Source: Bacteroidota bacterium
GTDB taxonomy: Bacteria > Bacteroidota > Ignavibacteria > SZUA-365
DNA length: 64,000 bases
Assembly: GCA_034002405.1 (NCBI GenBank)
Contig: JAVFAS010000005.1
Location: 2,092-66,091, forward strand
Direction of reading: 5' to 3'
Below the pieces are notes generated by a model. It made no database searches. It was not told where the DNA came from and saw nothing but the letters and a program-made list of their open reading frames with translations. How positions within the stretch are numbered: the first letter of the stretch is position 1; every line of letters begins with the position of its first letter. This document shows, in pieces, positions 28,376-37,700 of this stretch. A program made the translations under genes and the position numbers.

Positions 28376-29398
28376 TCATATGGTACCGGCGCCACGACGA
28401 CGGAGAAGCGCGATGAATAATGGCGCACCGATCGCGGCCGTGAGCGCACCCACCGGAATTTCAACCGGTGACAAGAGGCTTCGGGCCAGAAGATCACAGA
28501 TTATCAGAAAGGTTGCACCGAGAAAAAACGAGAGCGGTACGAGCAGGCGATGGTCGGAGCCGACGAACAGGCGAATCACATGGGGCACGAGCAACCCGAT
28601 AAATCCGATGGTCCCCGCGACACTGACGACCGCCGCCGTCATGAGCGACGCGAGGATGTAGAGGAGTCCCTGTGTCCGACGAACGCCAAGCCCGAGATGC
28701 GATGCCGTCTCCTCGCCGAGTGCGAGGATGTTCATCCGCCCGGCATAGAGCATCAGCCACAGCGAGAGGACGGCAACAATAGGGACAAGCACCGCAACTT
28801 CCGCCATGCCCGTGCTGCCAAGATACCCGACCAGCCAGAATAACGCCGTACGAACAGGGCGATCCATGGTCGATACGAGAGCGAGGATGATCGCGGACAG
28901 AAAGGCACCGATCATCACGCCTGTCAGAAGCAGTGTGTTGCGCTCCAGCGAGGCGCGGAGGCCGAGACCATAGACCACGACGACAACGGCAAGCGCGGTG
29001 AGAAAGGAGAGAAGTACCTGCGCGGGAAAATACCACGCGGAGAGACCGGTGGCGATGGCCGTCAATGCACCGACCGCCGCGCCACCCGAGACACCCAAGA
29101 TGTACGGATCGGCAAGTACGTTTCGCAGCAAGACTTGAAATACCACGCCGGCTACCGCCAATCCGCCACCGACAAAAAGCGCGGTGAGAATTCGTGGAAT
29201 CCTGATGTCGAACAGAACCGCCCGGACCGTGCCGTACTCCGACTCACCGCTGTTGAATATGGCGGAGAACATTTCCGCGTAGCTCAAATCGAAGGAACCA
29301 ATGCGAAGGGAGAGCATGGCGCTCGCAATCATCAGCAACGCGGCAAACAGACTGAGCCGGCGGACGCGAAGGGGTGTTGCTGAACGTGCGTGCTTCAT
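28376..29398 (-). CDS. FecCD-family ABC transporter permease (iron-siderophore/cobalamin type)
   Basis: 340 aa with about 9 TM helices. The segment RIPRILTALFVGGGLAVAGVVFQVLLRNVLADPYILGVSGGAAVGA is the BtuC/FecCD signature. No ATPase or binding-protein gene is adjacent. Confidence 0.82.
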   Translation of the reverse strand: MKHARSATPLRVRRLSLFAALLMIASAMLSLRIGSFDLSYAEMFSAIFNSGESEYGTVRAVLFDIRIPRILTALFVGGGLAVAGVVFQVLLRNVLADPYILGVSGGAAVGALTAIATGLSAWYFPAQVLLSFLTALAVVVVVYGLGLRASLERNTLLLTGVMIGAFLSAIILALVSTMDRPVRTALFWLVGYLGSTGMAEVAVLVPIVAVLSLWLMLYAGRMNILALGEETASHLGLGVRRTQGLLYILASLMTAAVVSVAGTIGFIGLLVPHVIRLFVGSDHRLLVPLSFFLGATFLIICDLLARSLLSPVEIPVGALTAAIGAPLFIALLRRRGAGTI

Positions 29399-29407
29399 CG
29401 GCTCCCG

Positions 29408-30424
29408 TCATGCATCACTGTCGTCGGGAGAGACCGGGTCCGCGCCCATGATCATGTCCCACATCATATCCTTCAAAGCGGACAATCCATCACCGCTGAC
29501 GGACGAAAAGGCAGCAACGGGAACGTCCATCGTTCGCTGCAATTCCACGATTCTCTCCCGGTCGGCGGGGGCCGCCGCATCGGTTTTCGAAATTGCGACA
29601 AACCACGGCTTCTTCTTCAGTTCGTCGCTATAGGAAGAAAGTTCATTGCGGAGCACCCGCAGATCTTCCTCGTAGTCGCCGCTGAAGCTCTCGATGAGAA
29701 TCGCAAGCACACGGGTTCGCTCGACATGGCGGAGAAACTGAATGCCGAGACCTTTGCCTTCATGCGCTCCCTCGATCAGTCCAGGCAAATCCGCGACGGT
29801 AAAACTGTCGTACTCACGATAGCGCACAATACCGAGGTTTGGCTCGAGCGTGGTAAATGGATAATCCGCGATTTTGGGGCGCGCCGCGGAGATGGTGGAA
29901 ATAAGGGTGGATTTCCCTGCATTCGGAAATCCGACCAGTCCGACGTCGGCGATGAGCTTGAGCTCGAGCAGAAGTTGACGTTCCACCGAGGGACGACCGC
30001 TCTCCGCCGTTCGTGGGGTCTGGTGCGTCGCGGTGGCGAACTCCGCATTTCCGCGACCGCCGCGACCACCGATCGCGGCGCGATATTGCTGACCTGGAGT
30101 CACGAGGTCCGCGAGCAGCTGCGAGGTTTCCGCATCGCGTACGACCGTACCACAGGGCACCTGAATGAGAGCGTCGTCTCCGGAGCGGCCTGTCCGCAGC
30201 GATTTCTGGCCTTTCGCCCCGTTCTCCGCGGCATAGGTGTGCTTGTAGCGCTGGTCGAGGAGCGTATGCAACTGCGGATTCGCGACAAGGATGATGTCGC
30301 CTCCTTTTCCGCCATTGCCGCCGTCGGGACCACCTTTGGGAACGAATTTTTCGCGGCGAAAGCTGACACAGCCATCCCCGCCTTTTCCGGATTGCACGGA
30401 AATGGTTACTTGGTCAACGAACAC
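29408..30424 (-). CDS. obg: GTPase Obg/CgtA
   Basis: Obg fold with Gly-rich N-terminus FVDQVTISVQSGKGGDGCVSFRREKFVPKGGPDGGNGGKGGDI, plus G-domain motifs GFPNAGKST and DLPGLIEGA. Confidence 0.92.
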   Translation of the reverse strand: MFVDQVTISVQSGKGGDGCVSFRREKFVPKGGPDGGNGGKGGDIILVANPQLHTLLDQRYKHTYAAENGAKGQKSLRTGRSGDDALIQVPCGTVVRDAETSQLLADLVTPGQQYRAAIGGRGGRGNAEFATATHQTPRTAESGRPSVERQLLLELKLIADVGLVGFPNAGKSTLISTISAARPKIADYPFTTLEPNLGIVRYREYDSFTVADLPGLIEGAHEGKGLGIQFLRHVERTRVLAILIESFSGDYEEDLRVLRNELSSYSDELKKKPWFVAISKTDAAAPADRERIVELQRTMDVPVAAFSSVSGDGLSALKDMMWDMIMGADPVSPDDSDA

Positions 30425-30430
30425 GGCGAG

Positions 30431-32653
30431 TTACTTCCTGTTTGCGTAGCGTTTGTAGATGTCGTCGGTGAATTTCACCGCGAGACGCGAGTACATATCC
30501 ACGTCGAATTTGATGAACAGCTCGTCGATGTATTCGGAAGCCTGACGCCAGGACGGCTTTCCATTCAGCACCTGGAGCGCGTGTGCAAATGCATCCTCGT
30601 TCTTTTGAAAAAGCTTGCGGACGTATTTTTTCTTATCCGAATCGGGAAGCAACTCACGCAAGTCGCCATATTCCTGGATGACTTTATCCGTGGCGGGAGA
30701 CAAATCCTCTTCCTCTTCCATCGCGTCGATCAACGCAGTGCGCGAAGATATCGACGCTTCCCTCTCGAACGCCGTACCCTCCCGCTGTCCCGACCGACCG
30801 GAATTCTGGTCACCGAAATCCTCGTCGAGCTCCAGATCGCGGAGGAGATCCTCCGCGGGTTCCAGCTCACTGGTCCGGCCGAGAGAAAGCCCGTCTGGCG
30901 TGGATGCATCCGGGAGTGGCTCCATGTCCGTATCGATTTCTTCGATGTCCAGCGCTTCGGCTTCCTTCTCCCAGTCAATATCCATATCCAACACGTCATC
31001 CGATTGATCGGGATCGTCCGCCTGATCATTTGTGTCCGTACGATCCGGCGGCGTTCCGGCAGTCGATGCCGATGCACCGGCATCGCTGTCTTGCGCGGCC
31101 GCTTCCACGTCAGCGAAATCCAAACCGTCATCGGAGATGCCGGCATCGAATGCGGTGGTGCGATACGGATCGCTGCCGATATCGTCCTGCTCGAGAGAGA
31201 GTTCGATGGCCTCGATTTCATCGAGGGAAATATCGGGAATCACATCCTTTGTCTGAAGAAACTGCGCGGTCGGACGGGGCTCCTCCTCTCCGAGCACGAT
31301 ATCGGGAAGTTCGTCGATATCGCTCAGGGGCGGATTCTCCAACTCCGAGGTAGGGGCTTCATCGCTGGGCATGGAAACCAATTGCTCTTCCAGCGCGAGA
31401 ATGCTTTCCGCCGTCAGATCGGAAACCGCGTCGTCGTCTTCACTGTCATCCGCGACGGATGCTTCCGCATCGAGATGAAGAGCGTCGGACGCTTCGGCTT
31501 CCTCCGAATCTTCAAGTGCACTCACGGATGCATCGACAGCATCGTCCTCATCGAGGACGAGATCGTCGAGCGCCACGGCATCATCGATCTCGTATTCGAG
31601 ATGGCTGCGGATGTTGTCATGCTCCTGCATGATCACCCCCTGTTCCTCCTCGGAGATAATGAAATCGAGCGCATCCTGTTCATGGCCGAGATCGCCATGG
31701 TGCATACCCGATTGTTCGTATTCCGGCATGTCCGGTACACTGAAATCCTGCGCCGCGGTCGCCGAGCGCTCGGGCTTCATGCCGCCTTTGTGGCCAAGCT
31801 GTTCGTTCACGATGGTAGATATGTCCATTCCGAGAGTATAATCCTCCTCACCAATGATCATGACCAGGTCGTGCAACGTCAGACGCTCGCGCACCTTCTT
31901 TTCCTGGTCAAGCCGTTCGACGACGGAGGAAAGGTTCTTGTCGTCAAAGAAAATCGAAAGCGCTTCGATCGGTGCGAGCAGTGTCTCCGCGGATGACGCG
32001 AGATTGAACAGCTCATAGATGGGTTCGGTCAGATGCGCCGTCTTGCGGCTGTCAAAACTGCGCACCACCTCGTGATCGATGCGCTCGAGCAACTCGGTGA
32101 ATTTCCGGACATGAATGACGGTCATTCCCTTCTGCGTGAAATACTCCCGGAGGATGACCTGGTAGTATTCGTAGTACCAGAACACCCGAAGCGCATCGAG
32201 AATGTCGTCGGTCGACGCGTGCTCGCGGTCGGCGAACAGATATTTCACCAGCGTCCACTGCGGCCGGCACACGTAATTAAAGAGCAGTTTGACGTTTTTT
32301 TCCAGGGCGGCGAGGTAATCCGGCGCATCGAAGACCGCGTGCTCGCGGGCGCGATCGCTGATGCGATCGAACAAGGCGAGTATTTCCTCATCGTCGTAGC
32401 GAAACCGCGAGGAATCGAGGAGACGCTCCTTTTCAGCAGCCACGAGGATGTTGATATCCGCGTCGAACATGCGGTGCAGCGCGGGCGGAATCGACGAGGC
32501 GAAGATCTGCCGCGACGTGATGGTGTCGGCGTCGCCAATGGTTTCCTTCCGCAGGAAGGCGATGGTGTCATCGATGTTCCGTTCGAACATGTCGGGATCC
32601 ACGATTGTGTTTGGAAAAACGGTCCGCCTTCTCTCAGACGGGAGATCCGGCAT
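30431..32653 (-). CDS. hypothetical protein with conserved N- and C-terminal domains flanking a ~350-aa Asp/Glu-rich low-complexity region
   Basis: 740 aa. Residues ~290-640 are dominated by D, E, S, A and L (for example DDAVDASVSALEDSEEAEASDALHLDAEASVADDSEDDDAVSDL). The N-terminal ~280 aa and C-terminal ~90 aa are non-repetitive and look globular. No motif I can name. 7-nt gap to obg. Confidence 0.55.
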   Translation of the reverse strand: MPDLPSERRRTVFPNTIVDPDMFERNIDDTIAFLRKETIGDADTITSRQIFASSIPPALHRMFDADINILVAAEKERLLDSSRFRYDDEEILALFDRISDRAREHAVFDAPDYLAALEKNVKLLFNYVCRPQWTLVKYLFADREHASTDDILDALRVFWYYEYYQVILREYFTQKGMTVIHVRKFTELLERIDHEVVRSFDSRKTAHLTEPIYELFNLASSAETLLAPIEALSIFFDDKNLSSVVERLDQEKKVRERLTLHDLVMIIGEEDYTLGMDISTIVNEQLGHKGGMKPERSATAAQDFSVPDMPEYEQSGMHHGDLGHEQDALDFIISEEEQGVIMQEHDNIRSHLEYEIDDAVALDDLVLDEDDAVDASVSALEDSEEAEASDALHLDAEASVADDSEDDDAVSDLTAESILALEEQLVSMPSDEAPTSELENPPLSDIDELPDIVLGEEEPRPTAQFLQTKDVIPDISLDEIEAIELSLEQDDIGSDPYRTTAFDAGISDDGLDFADVEAAAQDSDAGASASTAGTPPDRTDTNDQADDPDQSDDVLDMDIDWEKEAEALDIEEIDTDMEPLPDASTPDGLSLGRTSELEPAEDLLRDLELDEDFGDQNSGRSGQREGTAFEREASISSRTALIDAMEEEEDLSPATDKVIQEYGDLRELLPDSDKKKYVRKLFQKNEDAFAHALQVLNGKPSWRQASEYIDELFIKFDVDMYSRLAVKFTDDIYKRYANRK

Positions 32654-32659
32654 CGGTGG

Positions 32660-33484
32660 TCAGATTCCCCACGTATCCGGATAGAGTATGTCGGCATTCA
32701 CGGGACGCGCCCCAATCCGGGCGATGGTGGGAAGCATGCGCTTGAAGCGCTGCCGCACGATGCGCGCGCGCACGGCCGCGATGAATTCCGGCTCGAAGCC
32801 CAGCGCGGCCAAACCGGCGTCATCCACCCGGCCATCGATCATGGAGACAAGCAGTGCATCCACACGATCGTAGGTGAAACCCAGCTCGTCCTCATCGGTC
32901 TGGCCAGACCAGAGATCCGCGCTGGGAGGTTTTTGGATAATCGCATCCGGTATTCCGAGCCAGGCGGAGAGTTGGCGCACCTGGGTTTTGTACAGATCGC
33001 CGAGAGGATTGATCGCGCAGGCGGCGTCGCCAAACAGCGTACTGTACCCCAGCAATGCTTCGGTCTTGTTTCCGGTGCCGACGACGAGACCGTGATCGCG
33101 TGCCGAACGGTCGTAGAGCACGATCATGCGCGTACGCGCCATGATGTTGCCGCGGCGCAGCCGGTTCATCGTCGGATCACCGGCAATGAGCGGGTCCACC
33201 ACAGGGGTGATATCCACGAGGTCGGGTTCGACACCCATCCATCCGGCGACGAGGCGCGCATGCTCGACACTCTCGGCACTGCTGTCACGATGCGGCATCA
33301 TGATGCACGAGACCTGTCGCGGACCCAGCGCGCGAACACAGAGCGTCGCCGTCAGTGCTGAATCGATACCGCCAGACAATCCTACGATCGCCCGGGAAAA
33401 CCCCGCGGTGTCGAATTCCGCTGTAATGAATCCGCACAGCAGATCGACCGTGGCTGATGCGTCAAGTTTCAGTTGAGGTAACAT
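32660..33484 (-). CDS. nadE: NH3-dependent NAD+ synthetase
   Basis: PP-loop SGGIDS (AIVGLSGGIDSALTA) plus the GTGNKTEALLGYSTLFGD motif. Start taken at the internal Met MLPQLKLD. Confidence 0.85.
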   Translation of the reverse strand: MLPQLKLDASATVDLLCGFITAEFDTAGFSRAIVGLSGGIDSALTATLCVRALGPRQVSCIMMPHRDSSAESVEHARLVAGWMGVEPDLVDITPVVDPLIAGDPTMNRLRRGNIMARTRMIVLYDRSARDHGLVVGTGNKTEALLGYSTLFGDAACAINPLGDLYKTQVRQLSAWLGIPDAIIQKPPSADLWSGQTDEDELGFTYDRVDALLVSMIDGRVDDAGLAALGFEPEFIAAVRARIVRQRFKRMLPTIARIGARPVNADILYPDTWGI

Positions 33485-33634
33485 GCACCTGAATACGATA
33501 TTGTTGGAACTTACGAAACCCGACACCGCAAATCAATGCGTGGCGGCGTTCGTTGCGCGTTGCAGCGCGATTTTCTGAAACTGTCGCGGGGCGTTTTCGT
33601 ACACCACTCCTTATCTGGACCTTGGAGAACCGCC

Positions 33635-34510
33635 ATGTCCGCGAAACATCCCCTTGTCATCCCAATTCTCGTCATCCTTGTCGCCGGCGTGCTCAACGCG
33701 CAGGACTCCCCCGTGCGTCATGTTGCCCTGGGCGAGGCCACCGAGGTTGTCGCGAAAATCAATGGGGGCTACGGCACGGTGCATCTGCGACGCGGCGACG
33801 GGCCGATGCTCCTGAGCGTGCGCGAAAGCAACGCAAAGAACCGTGAAGCGCCACCGGAGATTCGCGTCGACTACCGCGTGGAGGACGGGATCGGTTTTCT
33901 GACCGTTGATATGGGAAACGATGGACGCGATGAGATGAACCTCCTCTCCTGCCTGTTGAATGGCCGCGGCGAACGGACGTGGGATGTGACGCTCGCGGGA
34001 GGAATTCCCATTCGACTGGACATGACCATGGGCGCGGGCACGGCGACGGTAGACCTGACCGATATTCACCTGCGTGCGTTTCATCTCGATGCGGGCGCGG
34101 GTACGGTGCTGCTCCACGCCGATCGTCCGAACGCGGAGGATATCGGACATGTGACAATCTCCGCGGGCGTGGGTGCGCTCCGTGCCGAACGCCTTGGAAA
34201 CCTGCGCTTCAACGAACTCGCATTCGAAGGGGGAATCGGCGAGTACCGGATCGACTGCAGTGGCGCACTTCCCGACAACGCGAAAGTCGTGTCCGATGTC
34301 GGCGTCGGGACTCTGACGATCGTCCTGCCACGGGACGTGGGCGCGAAGGCGATCACGAACGATAACTGGCTGAGCAGTCGGAAAATGTACGGGTTCATCC
34401 AGAAAAATGACGTCACCTACTGCACACCCGATTATCAGCGCACCCAACGGCGCGTCCTGCTCGACGTGCGGAGCGGTCTGGGTTCTGTCGTCGTGCGTCG
34501 GATGAAATAA
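33635..34510 (+). CDS. secreted repeat protein (putative adhesin / DUF4097-LiaF-C-terminal-like beta-helix)
   Basis: Signal peptide MSAKHPLVIPILVILVAGVLNAQ. It has repeated V/I-x-L-x-x-G-x-G strands (GGIPIRLDMTMGAGTATVDLTDIHL, LDAGAGTVLLHAD, VTISAGVGAL, SDVGVGTLTIVLP). Functional assignment is weak. Confidence 0.45.
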   Translation: MSAKHPLVIPILVILVAGVLNAQDSPVRHVALGEATEVVAKINGGYGTVHLRRGDGPMLLSVRESNAKNREAPPEIRVDYRVEDGIGFLTVDMGNDGRDEMNLLSCLLNGRGERTWDVTLAGGIPIRLDMTMGAGTATVDLTDIHLRAFHLDAGAGTVLLHADRPNAEDIGHVTISAGVGALRAERLGNLRFNELAFEGGIGEYRIDCSGALPDNAKVVSDVGVGTLTIVLPRDVGAKAITNDNWLSSRKMYGFIQKNDVTYCTPDYQRTQRRVLLDVRSGLGSVVVRRMK

Positions 34511-34647
34511 TGCTCTTCGGATAACCGGGTCTGGTTATCCATAACACAGACTGTCCCGGATTCCCTCCTGTCATGCGTGGTCCGCGACGCCAGTTGTGGC
34601 GAGCGCCGCGGGCATGACGCGGAGGGGCTCCGGGACAGTCCGTTTCG

Positions 34648-34733
34648 TACTCGAGGCCGGGGTCGAACCGGCACGGGTTTTAAAGCCCACTGGATTTTGA
34701 GTCCAGCGCGTCTGCCAATTCCGCCACTCGAGC
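34648..34733 (-). tRNA. tRNA-Leu (anticodon CAA), type II with long variable arm
   Basis: The minus-strand read is GCTCGAGTGGCGGAATTGGCAGACGCGCTGGACTCAAAATCCAGTGGGCTTTAAAACCCGTGCCGGTTCGACCCCGGCCTCGAGTA. It shows a Leu-type D-arm, an anticodon loop CTCAAAA, a long variable stem-loop, and a T-loop TTCGACC. Position 1:72 would be a G:U pair. CCA is not encoded. Confidence 0.75.
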
Positions 34734-34780
34734 AGCAGTCATAATTTCGTGAAACCGTCGCAGGGAAACAAGACGGCATG

Positions 34781-37700
34781 TCATTTCATCAGCAACATCC
34801 GTTGGTGACGCACGATCGTGGGAGTCTGCAGCACGGCGAGATACACGCCCGACGGCAGTCCGCTCCCGTTGAAATTCCGTACATGTGTTCCAGGTTCGAG
34901 CCAGCCATCCGCCAGCGTCACCACCTCGCGTCCGAGCGCGTCGACGATGCGCAAGGATGTCTGTCCGGCTTCGATCAGGACGAACTCGAGGGTTGTCGCG
35001 GGATTGAACGGGTTGGGCCGGTTGGGTTTCAGCTGCACGGCGACGCTGCCGTCAAATAAACGTGTGCCACCGTCCCGGCAGATTCCGAGCAAGGTGAACC
35101 GTCCGTCCTGTGTGTTGATCGTGAGATCACCGCCGATGGCAGCGACATTCTCGATGCGGAGATCGGTGTATTCCGCGTCCCCGAGCGTGACCATCATCGG
35201 GACACGCAGTGCCACGTCCTCGGCATCCGTCAGCAGCGGAATCGTCAGGTCTATGCTGCGCTCGTTGCCGGTAATACTTCCCTGCTCGCCGCCGAGCGGA
35301 ACGAGCAAACTGCTGCGATAGCGTAACGTCGCGCGAATACCGGTCGCGCCAAACAGCGCGATGTTGCGCCCGTTCCGCAATCGCAGCGGGATTTCAATCT
35401 GCTCACCTGGTTCGGCGCTGAGCGTGTCGACCACGAGTTCCACCACCGCGCTCCCGCGGATTCCATGCACACGTAGGAATTGCGGGGAACATGACGGACC
35501 GTGATCGAGCGGCATCGACACGTCGAATTCCTCATCGATCCCGGGATCATCGAATTGCACACGCAGATCGACCGACGAGCCCGGCGTCAGATTGACCGGA
35601 AGACCACCGATGACACGGAACGGTGGAATATCCGTCGCCGAGGAAATCGTGACCGCCGTGCTGCCGGAATTCGTCACCCGGACCATGCGCACGACGGGCA
35701 GATCTTCCGCGCGTTGGAGACCAAAATCCGCCGCGGCAACCGTGAGTCCGACACTGTCCCGTGTCCCGCGGAGCAGCAGATCATGTGTCATGCCACAGCG
35801 ATCAATGGCGATCCGCAGATTCCCCGCATGTGTGCCGGGGGCCGATGGTGCGAAACGAACATGCGCCTCCAGCTGCGCGCCAGCCGCGAGAAACACGGGC
35901 GGTACCGGGGAGAGAAGAAGGAAGGACGGGTCTTGCGAGGTGATTTGGGTGACCGTGTAATCCACCTCGCCGTCATTCCGAATGATGACGGTGGAATCGG
36001 CGAATTCACCGAAACAATGGAGACGGGGAAATTCTTCCAGCGTGGATACGCTGAGATCGACGCGCATGGCACGGGCGGACAGTGTCACCTGCGCCTCGAT
36101 GCCGCATCCGGCTTCATCCGCCGCAAGACGAATGGTTCCGCCCAGACTTCCTGACGTGGCATGCGTCACACGAAGCCCGACCGTGAGCGTCGCGCCCGGC
36201 GGCACCGTTCGTGGCCACAGTGATGGCGCGGGGGACTGTATCACGAACGCGGGATTATCGATGACCGGTATGGCGAAAGTCAGCGGCACCGTACCGGTGT
36301 TCTCGATGTCGAATGTGGCATCGGCGAAATCCGATTCGCAGAGAATCACATCCGGAAAGGCGATACTTGCCGTCGAGACTCGCATCTCCGCCACATCGAC
36401 GTCGATGGCATATGCGATACTGAAGGGACCCGGGGCGGGCGTGTTGCTTTCCAGCAGCAGGGTATCGACGATGCGTCCCCGCTCGCTTCCCTGCCGCGTG
36501 AAACGCACGATGAAATCATGACGCATGCCCGGATCGATCGAGATGGGAAACGCCGTGGGTTCGACAAGCACGAAACCCCGCGTCGAGGCGAAGCGGGCGT
36601 TCGTGATGTACAAGAGCCCGTCACCCACATTCGAGACGGAAAGTGTGTCCAGCGCATTGTCGTCGCAGACAAGACCTGGCAACTGCCGGGCGTTCTCCGC
36701 GAGGAGCTCCGGCGTAGTGCGCGAGATGAAAATATTCGCCGCGGCCTGGGACATCACGAACACCGGCGACGCGACATACGGGTCCGACGACGGCGTGGAC
36801 ACCTGTTGCAGGGCGACGAAATAATAGACATTGTCTTCCGCCGGGAGATCGATATCAAAGGTCCAGCTGTCGCTGTATCCACGCACCGTTCCGAGCGATG
36901 TCCATGGCATGCGGTCGGATTTGAGGTAGAGCTGAATGTCCGCGCCGTTGCCCGTGCCGCTGATGGTGAACTGTCGGCGTACGAACGTCGTCGTATCGGT
37001 GGAGGGTCCGTGGAACATGGTTTCTTCAGTCGGAATCGCATTGCTGAACCACATCATCGGACCGTCCATGCGGATGCGTCCGGCACCGCCACGCGGCCCC
37101 ACGCCAATGCCGCCTTCGGCACGGATTTTCCAGATTCCCGAGGCGAGCTTGCTCTCGAGACTCACGGCGCCACCGGAGCCGGAGCCGCCGTCGCCACTGG
37201 CGCCGTCCGATCCGCCCGCCCCGTTACTGGTGAACAATTGACCCTCAAGCCGCGGGGCGAACAATCGCAGCGCGCCGCCGCCGCCGCCACCGTCACCCGA
37301 ACAGGAGAATGCGAGCTGTGGATTGCCACTCGCCCCACCCGATCCGCCCGCGAGCGGAATGACACTCTCATTTCCATGTGGTTGTCCGCCATTCCCATTC
37401 TGGGACGACGTGCCCGCCGTGGCGTATCCACCGGCACCGCCGGCCTGCTGCTGCTGCTGACCGCTGCCGCCACCATGACCACCCGGGGGATTGCACCCGC
37501 CGCCGTCGCCACAGCCGTTGCCGGAACTTCCGAACGGATGCCCGGTACCGCCGGCCGACGCTTCGTATGCCGGGGCATCTCCGCCCGGAACACCGTTGAG
37601 ACTGCCGCCGGTATTTCCGATGAAGGTACCGGATCCCGCACCGGGATTCCGGTATTCATCACTGCCGAAGGGGTTTCCCGCACGATTGCGTCCACCCCGA

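Noticed and set aside
29390-31996. 868-aa plus-strand ORF spanning obg and the acidic protein gene
   Set aside because: It overlaps two well-supported minus-strand genes. This is typical antisense read-through in a GC-rich, stop-poor frame.
34648-34733. tRNA acceptor stem anomaly (G1:U72)
   Set aside because: Probably a genuine wobble pair or a single-base reading issue. All other tRNA-Leu features are intact, so I did not call it a pseudogene.
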